Made by a program: the position numbers and the translations under genes
The notes under the pieces: model-generated
Seen by the model: only the letters and a program-made list of their open reading frames with translations
Told to the model about the DNA's origin: nothing
Databases searched by the model: none
Origin: a virus
DNA: 37,917 nt
Virus record (IMG/VR): IMGVR_UViG_3300045988_130903
Reading direction: 5' to 3' (one strand)
Shown: in pieces, positions 25,547-32,977 of the stretch
Layout of the letters: each line of letters starts with the position of its first letter
Position numbering within the stretch: the first letter of the stretch is position 1

Positions 25547-25976
25547 TATCTTTTAATAAATACTTGTTTGCTAATTTTCTTTTTGCTTTATCTAATTTCA
25601 TAATCATTTTATTAAAATGCGGTTGTAAAGCTTCCATTAATTCATCAAATTGACCATATCTGTTTTTATCACCAAATATTTTTTGACAAGCACCGTCACC
25701 AAGAAAACTATCAAAAGCTTTTCTCATTTCTTTTGCTTGCTCTTTTTCAAGTTTTATTATTTCTTTGGTTAACTCTATCTTATTATCGGTTTTTTTATCC
25801 AACTCTAGCACTTTTTCTTTTGTTTTAGTGTCTATTTCTTTAATTTTTTCTGACGCATTCATTATTTTTTCTGCTAAACTTATATCAGTTAAATCAAATT
25901 CAATTGTATCTCCTTTATCATTAACTTCTAAAATATAAAAATCATCTTTGTTTTGCTCTAAAATTAATTTTTCCAT
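25533..25976 (-). CDS. Tail assembly chaperone
   Basis: Acidic 147-aa protein between the tail tube and the tape measure. Confidence 0.55.
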   Translation of the reverse strand: MEKLILEQNKDDFYILEVNDKGDTIEFDLTDISLAEKIMNASEKIKEIDTKTKEKVLELDKKTDNKIELTKEIIKLEKEQAKEMRKAFDSFLGDGACQKIFGDKNRYGQFDELMEALQPHFNKMIMKLDKAKRKLANKYLLKDSDVL

Positions 25977-25989
25977 AAATTCCTCCTAT

Positions 25990-26028
25990 AAAAATAAAAT
26001 AAAGGATGAGAGTTTTCCTCCCACCCTT
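25990..26028 (-). terminator. Strong Rho-independent terminator after the tail tube gene
   Basis: AAGGGUGGGAG-GAAAA-CUCUCAUCCUU (11 bp with 2 G-U) followed by UAUUUUAUUUUU on the minus strand. Confidence 0.7.
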
Positions 26029-26042
26029 AAAGGTTTTATCTA

Positions 26043-26540
26043 TTATCCTACTTTTTCTACAAATGTAGGAACTTCACCAGTAAATGTAACACTACCCTGT
26101 GTAGGATCACCATTCAATCCAATTGTGAATGTTATATTTGGTGTAACTCCACCGTCACCGCCATAACTTTCAATTGAAATAGTACAATCAAAAGTTTGTG
26201 CTTTAAATGCACCATCGGTATCTTTGTCATACTTATCAATTAACAATGCTTTAGTAACCGCATCACTACCAGTTGCTAGATTATATCTTAATCCATTTAT
26301 AAAATCATAAATAGCATCTCCGAAATAACATTTCATATCCCCATCAATTGTAACATTGTAACTATCTAGTGTAACAGTTGCATTGTCATCAGTTATATAA
26401 GTTTCACTTGTCGAATTTGGATTGTAAGTATAAGTCGCACTTGTTGACTTTTTACCATATAATCCCCATTCTGGAGTTACTTCTGATGGTTTAGTATTAA
26501 GATATAACATTATCTCTTTTCTTTTTACTAATGTAGGCAT
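26043..26540 (-). CDS. Major tail (tube) protein
   Basis: 165 aa. Assigned by position before the chaperones, beta-rich composition and the downstream attenuating terminator. Confidence 0.65.
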   Translation of the reverse strand: MPTLVKRKEIMLYLNTKPSEVTPEWGLYGKKSTSATYTYNPNSTSETYITDDNATVTLDSYNVTIDGDMKCYFGDAIYDFINGLRYNLATGSDAVTKALLIDKYDKDTDGAFKAQTFDCTISIESYGGDGGVTPNITFTIGLNGDPTQGSVTFTGEVPTFVEKVG

Positions 26541-26543
26541 TTA

Positions 26544-26747
26544 TTATTCCTCCTCTTTTTTAAATTTTGGTTTATTAACAAATTTTTCAATTTCATTAAT
26601 TTCTTTTAAAGTTAGAGGCTCAATAAAACCTTTTTCATTTAATAATTTTATCATTTCAAAATTTTCTTTTGTTGGTTCAATAATATCATTTTCATAAATA
26701 TATGTATTTTGATATTTTCCATTTTTGATAACTTTTATTGGTTTCAT
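26544..26747 (-). CDS. Hypothetical small protein, 67 aa
   Basis: ATG at 26747 after GAGGAGG. Confidence 0.5.
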   Translation of the reverse strand: MKPIKVIKNGKYQNTYIYENDIIEPTKENFEMIKLLNEKGFIEPLTLKEINEIEKFVNKPKFKKEEE

Positions 26748-26748
26748 T

Positions 26749-27189
26749 TTAATCCTCCTCGTATTCAATTTGTATTTGAATGTCAAACACGGCAGTTTTC
26801 ATACTTTCATCAGCATAATTGAAAGTGCCTTGATTTAAGCATTCAATACTTTCTATATTATCTATTTTAGGCAAAATGCCCTCATCATTATTAGAATTTA
26901 TTATCTTTTGAAATGTTTCAAAAAAACCTATGTTTTTAAGATTACTTAATCGGTCGCTAGAATAAGCGTTTCTACTTTTAAATGAAAATACATCTCTATA
27001 TAATCCACCACCTGTTATGTAAGGTTCAACAATACTCAAAGTGGGTATTTTATCAAGCGAATAATTATTAACTTCAATTCCTAAAAAGTCGGCATTTATC
27101 TTTTTATACTTGCTATTTAATTCTTCAAGTATAGTTTCTAAATACTTGCCAAGTTTAGCAATTCTTGTATTTTCAACATCAATAATCAT
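26749..27189 (-). CDS. Tail-completion / minor structural protein
   Basis: Position in the connector block; 146 aa. Confidence 0.5.
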   Translation of the reverse strand: MIIDVENTRIAKLGKYLETILEELNSKYKKINADFLGIEVNNYSLDKIPTLSIVEPYITGGGLYRDVFSFKSRNAYSSDRLSNLKNIGFFETFQKIINSNNDEGILPKIDNIESIECLNQGTFNYADESMKTAVFDIQIQIEYEED

Positions 27190-27533
27190 TATTTGCCTCC
27201 TCTATCAATAAAGTCTTGTAATTCTGAAACAACATTTTGCATATCAACACTTTTCATGCGTTCGTCCCAATAGGGTCCTGTACCTGATGTTGTATAATTA
27301 ACAACTGTTCCACCATTTACTTTACCAATATATTGAGCATGAGCATAAAGTTGTTCATAAGTTATGCTATTACTATTAATAGTAACATCTTCTCTTAATA
27401 TTCCAGTATCTTTAGGAACATATTTATCCATATACCTATAACAAGTGTTTGTAAAAAACTTTTGAACTCTTCCGTTAGGCTCTATACCTAAATTAGCCTT
27501 TATAACACTTGTAGGTTGCATTTTTACTGGCAT
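27189..27533 (-). CDS. Minor capsid / tail-completion protein (HK97 gp10-like position)
   Basis: YRYMDKYVPKDTGILRE...GTGPYWDERM pattern. Confidence 0.55.
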   Translation of the reverse strand: MPVKMQPTSVIKANLGIEPNGRVQKFFTNTCYRYMDKYVPKDTGILREDVTINSNSITYEQLYAHAQYIGKVNGGTVVNYTTSGTGPYWDERMKSVDMQNVVSELQDFIDRGGK

Positions 27534-27880
27534 TACTTACCACTCACATGAATATGCTTGTTATTGCCAAATACATTATTATTTAAAGAAGTGATATTGT
27601 AATATGGAATGTTTAAATCTTTTAAATCATTCTCACTAACAATGTCCTCATATTCGCCTTGAACTAAAATATCTTCTATTGCAAAATTATCGTAGTCTAG
27701 GCTAGGATTTAAGTCATAAGGTATTCTAATTTGAACATCGTTCGCATTTTCATAACCTTTATTTAAGCTTGAACCTTTGCCACCAAACCACCATATATTT
27801 TTATAGAAATGTTTTTCCCATGTATCTTCACGGTTTTTAACAACCTTGTGATACACAGTTAAACTTGAATTGACTAACAA
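27533..27880 (-). CDS. Head-closure / head-tail joining protein
   Basis: Position; 115 aa; ATGA-type coupling. Confidence 0.5.
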   Translation of the reverse strand: MLVNSSLTVYHKVVKNREDTWEKHFYKNIWWFGGKGSSLNKGYENANDVQIRIPYDLNPSLDYDNFAIEDILVQGEYEDIVSENDLKDLNIPYYNITSLNNNVFGNNKHIHVSGK

Positions 27881-28266
27881 TCTGCACCTCTATATAACAC
27901 AGGAACATCATCAACAATCAAATTAGATAAATATGTATCAATAACATCTTCTAATTCACTATTTTTAGCCTCTGTAGTAGACTTTTGTGGTGTTCCATAT
28001 GAAATACTATAACCATCAGTGTTTTCACTTGAAATAGCCTTATTTTGTGTGTCATACGAACTATAACTATTTAAAGTTGTAATCATATTATAAACACACA
28101 ATTTAACTTCTTGATATTCTTGTCCTTTACCAACTAATCTTTCAAAGGTTCTTTCATCAATTTTCTTTCTAGCATTATATTCTAATAAATTAAAAGGCAT
28201 TTCATCAAGAGTTCCACCTAGAGCAAGATACTCTTGATAAGTCAAATATTGTCCTTTAAACTCCAT
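27874..28266 (-). CDS. Head-tail connector (gp6/gp15-like adaptor)
   Basis: YLTYQEYLALGG...LLEYNARKKIDERT N-terminus is typical of these adaptors. Confidence 0.55.
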   Translation of the reverse strand: MEFKGQYLTYQEYLALGGTLDEMPFNLLEYNARKKIDERTFERLVGKGQEYQEVKLCVYNMITTLNSYSSYDTQNKAISSENTDGYSISYGTPQKSTTEAKNSELEDVIDTYLSNLIVDDVPVLYRGADC

Positions 28267-28284
28267 TTAAAATGCCTCCTATCG

Positions 28285-28440
28285 TTATTCTTCCTCTTTT
28301 AAAGGTTTTCTTTTATTTTCAGTTTCTACTTTAACTTCAACTTTTTTAGGTTCGTATTTAACATAACCCATTGACAAATATTTTTCTAGTTCTATTTCTT
28401 CAATTTCTAATTGAATATTATCTTTATTAACTAAAATCAT
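28285..28440 (-). CDS. Hypothetical protein, 51 aa (below track cutoff)
   Basis: Hand translation MILVNKDNIQLEIEEIELEKYLSMGYVKYEPKKVEVKVETENKRKPLKEEE. Confidence 0.4.
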   Translation of the reverse strand: MILVNKDNIQLEIEEIELEKYLSMGYVKYEPKKVEVKVETENKRKPLKEEE

Positions 28441-28452
28441 ATTGCCACCTCA

Positions 28453-29370
28453 TTAAGCAACAGCAGTTATATCTAAATCTACATAAACACTATCAACTTT
28501 GCCATCTTTTCCGTTAGGGAATACAAATGTATCATAGTGTGCTCTGTTTTGATATAAGTATCCATCACCTTCAGTATGTTCTCCTGGTGCAAAGAAATAA
28601 ATACTTTCAATTTTTGGTACAACTTTAGTTGTCATTGGAGTACAACCTAACATATTGATTTTAAATCCACCTTTTGCTGGTGCAAATCCATCGCTAAAGT
28701 TAAATTGTGAATAGAAACGGTCATCATCAATTACTTCAACAACTGGAACATTGTCTACTTTTGTAATTCTTGTTTGAATTGCTTTTCCACCTTCAACAAA
28801 TCCCATACTTTCAATTGGATGCGTTAATTCAGTTGATAATGCAAGTAAATCCATTAATTCAGGTGCAACATAAACGATTAAACCTTTATTTCTGTATCTT
28901 CTTAATTTACCAATGAATTGAACTACCTTAGTATAGATATTTGCACTAGTATAGTCTGCAATAGCAGTTGAACTTTTCATGTTAGCAGTTGTTGCTTCAG
29001 TAGCAACTTTACTAAAGAAGTAAGCATCCTTTTCTGGTGTTGCTTGAGTTTTTTCAAATGTATTTGATACATTTTCGATTGTAGCAGTTCTATTGCTTTC
29101 ATCAACTTCTCTTTTATCTAAGAAGAACTCTACATCCCTGTCTTGAGTAACTGTGTAAACTTTGTCGGTTTCAGTTATTGCTTGTCTATTCCATCCTCCA
29201 GTTAAAGCATGGTTTTTATAACCTCCAGTTTGTAAAATTGTAAAATGGAAGTTTTTTGCATCTAACCAATCAACGTTAGTTGCAACAAATGGTGCTGCAT
29301 AAGAATTTTCAATAAATGTTTCGATTAATTCTCTGTTATATTTTGCAGCATGGTTAATTGTATTAGCCAT
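28453..29370 (-). CDS. Major capsid protein
   Basis: 305 aa directly after the scaffold gene. N-terminus MANTINHAAKYNRELIETF... is typical of SPP1-type capsid proteins. Confidence 0.8.
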   Translation of the reverse strand: MANTINHAAKYNRELIETFIENSYAAPFVATNVDWLDAKNFHFTILQTGGYKNHALTGGWNRQAITETDKVYTVTQDRDVEFFLDKREVDESNRTATIENVSNTFEKTQATPEKDAYFFSKVATEATTANMKSSTAIADYTSANIYTKVVQFIGKLRRYRNKGLIVYVAPELMDLLALSTELTHPIESMGFVEGGKAIQTRITKVDNVPVVEVIDDDRFYSQFNFSDGFAPAKGGFKINMLGCTPMTTKVVPKIESIYFFAPGEHTEGDGYLYQNRAHYDTFVFPNGKDGKVDSVYVDLDITAVA

Positions 29371-29392
29371 AATTTAATCTCTCCTTTTCTTT

Positions 29393-29974
29393 TTAAAAAT
29401 CAGTTTTGAACATAGGGTTGATTTTTATACCCTCACTTGTTGACTTGCCCTCTGCAGGTTTGCTTTCTTGAATATCAGGCATATCACTTAACTCATTTTT
29501 GTTTTTAAATATGTCTGTGCTATCTTTTGTGATAGTTTCAAAAATATCTTTAGCAGATTTGCCAACATTTGCTTTATCTTGTAAAGCAGTTTTTACTTCG
29601 TTAATGATTGCATTTTTTGTTCTTTCATTAACAAATTCTTTATCGCCAATTGCCTCTAAAACATTTTTAGTAAGAACTTCATCAAGATTCTTTTTGTCCT
29701 CGGCTTCTTTTCTTTCCTTTTCTTTTGTTTCATAATCAGCAATCTTTGATTTTAGACTTTCTATTTCATCAGATTTTGGTGCATTATTGATTTGTTCTTT
29801 TAAATCATCAATCGTTCCTTTTAAATCTTCATTTTCTTTTCTCATATCATTTTGAACTTTTTCAGTTTCATTTTTAACACTTTTCCCGTGTTCGGCTAAA
29901 ATAGATTTAATTTCTTCTTTTGATAATTTAATCTTATTTTCTCCAATTTCTAAATTCTCTAAAAAATCTTTCAT
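29393..29974 (-). CDS. Capsid scaffolding protein
   Basis: Acidic coiled-coil protein of 193 aa, immediately upstream of the capsid gene. Confidence 0.75.
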   Translation of the reverse strand: MKDFLENLEIGENKIKLSKEEIKSILAEHGKSVKNETEKVQNDMRKENEDLKGTIDDLKEQINNAPKSDEIESLKSKIADYETKEKERKEAEDKKNLDEVLTKNVLEAIGDKEFVNERTKNAIINEVKTALQDKANVGKSAKDIFETITKDSTDIFKNKNELSDMPDIQESKPAEGKSTSEGIKINPMFKTDF

Positions 29975-30136
29975 ATAAATATCTCCTCCCTCGATTTTTT
30001 CAAGTGGTCTACTCCACCAAGAATTTAATATTTAAACCATCTTAAGCAATCAATGGTTGTAGCCTTTAGGTCATGAGTTCAAGACTTGCACTTGATTAAT
30101 CTCTTTAGTACTCATGATAAATAAAAAGAACTCAGA

Positions 30137-30265
30137 CTATTTGTCTTGGTTCTCTAAATTGTGGAACTCTATCAATTTTTTACAATGTCGGCACATTATT
30201 GAAATAATACCTTTGAATTTGCCTTTGAATAACAATTTGCCACACATACAACGATATTCTTTCAT
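30137..30265 (-). CDS. Com-like zinc-ribbon protein, 42 aa (below track cutoff)
   Basis: Hand translation MKEYRCMCGKLLFKGKFKGIISIMCRHCKKLIEFHNLENQDK. Compare phage Mu Com MKSIRCKNCNKLLFKA...IEIRCPRCK. RBS AAAGGTAGG. Confidence 0.55.
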   Translation of the reverse strand: MKEYRCMCGKLLFKGKFKGIISIMCRHCKKLIEFHNLENQDK

Positions 30266-30288
30266 TAACTCGCCTACCTTTATATCAC

Positions 30289-30458
30289 TAAATAGATTAT
30301 ATCATATTTATTAAAAAAAATCAAATATATAAAATTAGGAATAATATAATATAAATAATTAATAATATATTTAATAATAATTAATATAAATAATAATAAA
30401 TAATATATATACAGATACAGATGTATACCTACGGTATAGATAGGGTATAGATAGGGTA
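30289..30458. repeat. Second origin-like module: diverged copy of 10188-10315 in intergenic DNA
   Basis: Shares TAAATAGATTATAT (30289-30302 = 10188-10201) and ATACAGATACAGATGTAT (30409-30426 = 10266-10283). About 110 bp of almost pure A/T. TACGGTA/TAGGGTA/TAGGGTA at 30430, 30441 and 30452 (11-bp phasing). Confidence 0.6.
30296..30324 (-). promoter_or_regulatory. Promoter TTGATT-17-TGaTATAAT upstream of the Com-like ORF, scaffold and capsid genes
   Basis: Minus strand reads TTGATTTTTTTTAATAAATATGATATAAT. Confidence 0.5.
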
Positions 30459-30493
30459 TTTATTTTTGTCCATTTTTTTATCAAATAAGCCAC

Positions 30494-30518
30494 AAAAAAA
30501 CAACCATTTAAGGTTGCT
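30494..30518 (-). terminator. Rho-independent terminator
   Basis: GCAACC-UUAAAU-GGUUG followed by seven U on the minus strand. Confidence 0.55.
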
Positions 30519-30600
30519 TAATTTCAAATACATCAGGGGTATGTTATCCAAATACACTTCACATACACTATCAACAACAATAATCTTTCTAATGTGTCAA

Positions 30601-30629
30601 ATTATACTTAATTATTATGTTTTTAGCAA
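30601..30629 (-). promoter_or_regulatory. Possible internal promoter TTGCTA-17-TATAAT
   Basis: Minus strand reads TTGCTAAAAACATAATAATTAAGTATAAT. It overlaps the 3' end of the tRNA-like module and would give a ~100-nt RNA ending at the 30494 terminator. Confidence 0.3.
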
Positions 30630-30702
30630 GTGGGTGGGCTCGAACCACCATTCAATTTTAGGTTGACAGCCTATTATCTACTCATAAGGTCGCCCAGAGT
30701 AG
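30626..30702 (-). ncRNA. tRNA-like three-hairpin module without an acceptor stem
   Basis: Minus strand: CUACUC-13 nt-GAGUAG; UAGG-CUGUCAA-CCUA; canonical T arm GGUGG-UUCGAGC-CCACC. No complementary 5'/3' acceptor strands. Confidence 0.5.
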
Positions 30703-31127
30703 CCCCTAGAAAAATCTTATTATGATTAAAATTGTATCTTTAATAGATACTGATACTAAATAATAAAATCTTTCGTCACTTCTCTGTCTAGAATTGTTTT
30801 TATTGTTATCTCGAGTTCAATAAAATATATTCGTCTGAGTTACCTTTAATTAGAATACGTCTAATTGTGTTCCTTTATTATTTAGTATCACTACCTACTA
30901 GAGATAGTCCATATAATCATAATATAGGTACTTATTGTCCATAAAGATGAATTGCTACATCAAGTGGAACTTGACTTACTCCATTCTGGAACACATTTAC
31001 AGACTACTAGTTTTTATAAGCACCATAGAATAAATAAGTCCAAGCTATTAAAAGACAAGCAAGTTTATAGATACATACGATTATCATCTTGCGTTATTGC
31101 GTAAGTTATAGTTTTATTTATTTATTC
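30626..31127 (-). ncRNA. Candidate large structured non-coding RNA (~0.5 kb; may extend to the terminator at 30494)
   Basis: Strong promoter upstream and no credible ORF. Perfect 17-bp long-range helix 30874-30890/30751-30767. Hairpins at 30848-30866, 30734-30750 and 30960-30974. tRNA-like 3' module. Confidence 0.45.
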
Positions 31128-31133
31128 AATTTA

Positions 31134-31162
31134 ATTATATCACTTTAACTTGCTTTTTGCAA
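31134..31162 (-). promoter_or_regulatory. Promoter TTGCAA-17-TGaTATAAT driving the non-coding unit
   Basis: Minus strand reads TTGCAAAAAGCAAGTTAAAGTGATATAAT. Confidence 0.65.
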
Positions 31163-31163
31163 A

Positions 31164-31325
31164 TCATTTTAGTTCTTCCATTTCTTTTATTTCCTCAATA
31201 TTTAATTCAATTCCATTTATTATAATTGTATTATCTTCTTCATAATATTCTTCAAATAATCCTTCAAATATTTCTCCATCAGTTAATACAACTCTTACAT
31301 TTTTGTTAAATAATTTTAAATTCAT
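31164..31325 (-). CDS. Acidic 53-aa protein, translationally coupled to the MuF gene (below track cutoff)
   Basis: Hand translation MNLKLFNKNVRVVLTDGEIFEGLFEEYYEEDNTIIINGIELNIEEIKEMEELK. ATGA overlap with the MuF stop. Confidence 0.5.
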   Translation of the reverse strand: MNLKLFNKNVRVVLTDGEIFEGLFEEYYEEDNTIIINGIELNIEEIKEMEELK

Positions 31326-32977
31326 TCTTTATCACTCCTTTTTCGTGCTGGTGTTATATGAACACCATTTTTTGAATAATGTATAGTAAACGAATTTGTA
31401 TCTTCATTCATTATAATTTCGTCATTATCTTTCAAAATATATTTACCAACATTTTCATTTATTGTAATAATTTCTTTGTTTACTAATTCTCCTTTTTTAG
31501 AAGCAATTATACGTCCTTTTCCAGCGTATTCATTAACTAATTCTTGTAATTTATCGATATTGGAATATTTATCATTAAAATAACTTTTGCCAACTATATA
31601 TTTTTCACTATTTTTTATATGTTGAAGTTGCTTATCTTTTTTTATTGTTAAATCTATCTCTCCATTTTTTATTTTTTCTTGTCTTTTTCTTGCTTGAATA
31701 TATAAACTCGTGTCTTTATATAAGTTACCAGTATTATACACCTTTTGAACTCTTTTTTCAACATTTTTAGTACTAACTTTTCGATAACTGCTTACCGACA
31801 TTCTTTGCTTTTGAGTAGGCAATCCACTAACCTGTGATAATTGTTTGTATTTAGTATTTAATTGTGTAATTCTTAATTGGCTTTTTAATACTTGTTCTTC
31901 ATCCCCACTCGCTTTAGCTAATATTTGTGTATCTTTTTCTTGCCTTATAGCAGTTTCAATTCTTCTTTGTAATTGAGTACCTTCATACATATTATAAGTC
32001 TTGCCATCAAATTCAAATGTTTTATTCTTATTATCAATTATTTCTTTTAATTGCTTATCACTATATTGTGGTTTGCTAACTCCCAATACGATTGAAAAGA
32101 TATAATGAAAACAATTCATGGTACTGATAGGTCTAAAATTATCTTTTATTCTTATATCAATCACTTCACCATTATAATCGGTAGCAACACCTGTTGATTG
32201 TAATTTTTCATATTCTTTGTTTGAAAATTGGTGTCCTTGAACATTACTATGATCTGGTGCTGGATTTAAATGGGTAGATATTTCTACACCATCACTATCA
32301 AATTCTTTACCAAATAGTTGTTGGCTTTCGTTTGATACTTGTCTCATACTATCAAGTATATTCATTCTTATAGAAGTATCTAATCTTCTTGAATAACCAC
32401 TCTCATATTCTATTTTACGAACTCCTGATGATGATAATTGCTTTAAAGTGCTTCTCATTGCTTGCTGATAAGTTTCTTTGCCTTGGCTGATAGCAACAAC
32501 ACATTTATCTATTACATATTTGTATGTTTCATCAATGTCTAGTAGCAAAGGTTCTCCATTATCTCCTAAAAGCCTAAAACCTGTGCTTTTAGCGATGTTT
32601 TTAAATTCTGCACCACTTATACTATAAACACTAGAAACAAGCCTCTGGAGTGCTTTATTCTCGTTATAGATAGGTGTTTCAAGTCCTCTTGCTTTATAAT
32701 AAGTATCCGCAAATCCAATGTTCTCTTTTGCGACTTTTTCTAGTATCGCTTTTAAGTCTTTAACAGACAACCCACTAATTTTAGATAACTCATCTAATAA
32801 ATCCTTGATAGTTGTATTGTATTTTAGTTGCTGTGCTAAGGAATATGCTTGGCTTGGTGTCAAATCTTTAAATTGCTTGATAACATTTCCTAATTCTTCT
32901 AATACTTTTGTGTTATAATCTTGAAATCTTTTGTCAAATACACTTAACAACTTTTCTTGTAATTCTTCACTTAACAT
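31322..32977 (-). CDS. Minor head protein (SPP1 gp7 / Mu F family) with a C-terminal ~150-aa extension
   Basis: STHLNPAPDHSNVQGHQFS...FRPISTMNCFH core, then a long C-terminal region ending ...FTIHYSKNGVHITPARKR. Confidence 0.8.
   Translation of the reverse strand: MLSEELQEKLLSVFDKRFQDYNTKVLEELGNVIKQFKDLTPSQAYSLAQQLKYNTTIKDLLDELSKISGLSVKDLKAILEKVAKENIGFADTYYKARGLETPIYNENKALQRLVSSVYSISGAEFKNIAKSTGFRLLGDNGEPLLLDIDETYKYVIDKCVVAISQGKETYQQAMRSTLKQLSSSGVRKIEYESGYSRRLDTSIRMNILDSMRQVSNESQQLFGKEFDSDGVEISTHLNPAPDHSNVQGHQFSNKEYEKLQSTGVATDYNGEVIDIRIKDNFRPISTMNCFHYIFSIVLGVSKPQYSDKQLKEIIDNKNKTFEFDGKTYNMYEGTQLQRRIETAIRQEKDTQILAKASGDEEQVLKSQLRITQLNTKYKQLSQVSGLPTQKQRMSVSSYRKVSTKNVEKRVQKVYNTGNLYKDTSLYIQARKRQEKIKNGEIDLTIKKDKQLQHIKNSEKYIVGKSYFNDKYSNIDKLQELVNEYAGKGRIIASKKGELVNKEIITINENVGKYILKDNDEIIMNEDTNSFTIHYSKNGVHITPARKRSDKE

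Noticed and set aside
24974-25976. Programmed -1 frameshift between the two tail chaperone ORFs (gpG/gpGT-like)
   Set aside because: The downstream ORF is in the +1 frame relative to the upstream one, not -1. Its frame is open for only ~20 nt before the upstream stop, and I see no slippery heptamer there. A non-canonical shift or reinitiation cannot be excluded, because the second ORF lacks an SD.
30626-30702. Canonical tRNA-Asp(GUC) gene, or an attP-type tRNA fragment
   Set aside because: The T arm and anticodon-like arm are convincing. However, the sequences flanking the module (UUCUAGG.. and CACUUGC) are not complementary, the D-like hairpin has a 6-bp stem with a 13-nt loop, and the variable region is 8-9 nt. 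No integrase is present that would use an attP site. I kept it as a tRNA-like module of the ncRNA.
30626-30712. tmRNA-like gene, because the minus strand reads GGGGCUACUCUGGGCGAC, reminiscent of tmRNA 5' ends, and a T arm follows
   Set aside because: The 3' strand after the T arm (CACUUGC) cannot pair with GGGGCUA. The two elements are only ~50 nt apart, and I found no tag reading frame or resume codon context.
31007-31087. 26-aa hydrophobic peptide MIIVCIYKLACLLIAWTYLFYGAYKN within the ncRNA (type I toxin-like)
   Set aside because: There is no Shine-Dalgarno sequence upstream of the ATG, although every real gene here has one or is translationally coupled. Hydrophobic peptides arise easily by chance in U-rich sequence. 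It would be worth rechecking only if ribosome profiling data exist.
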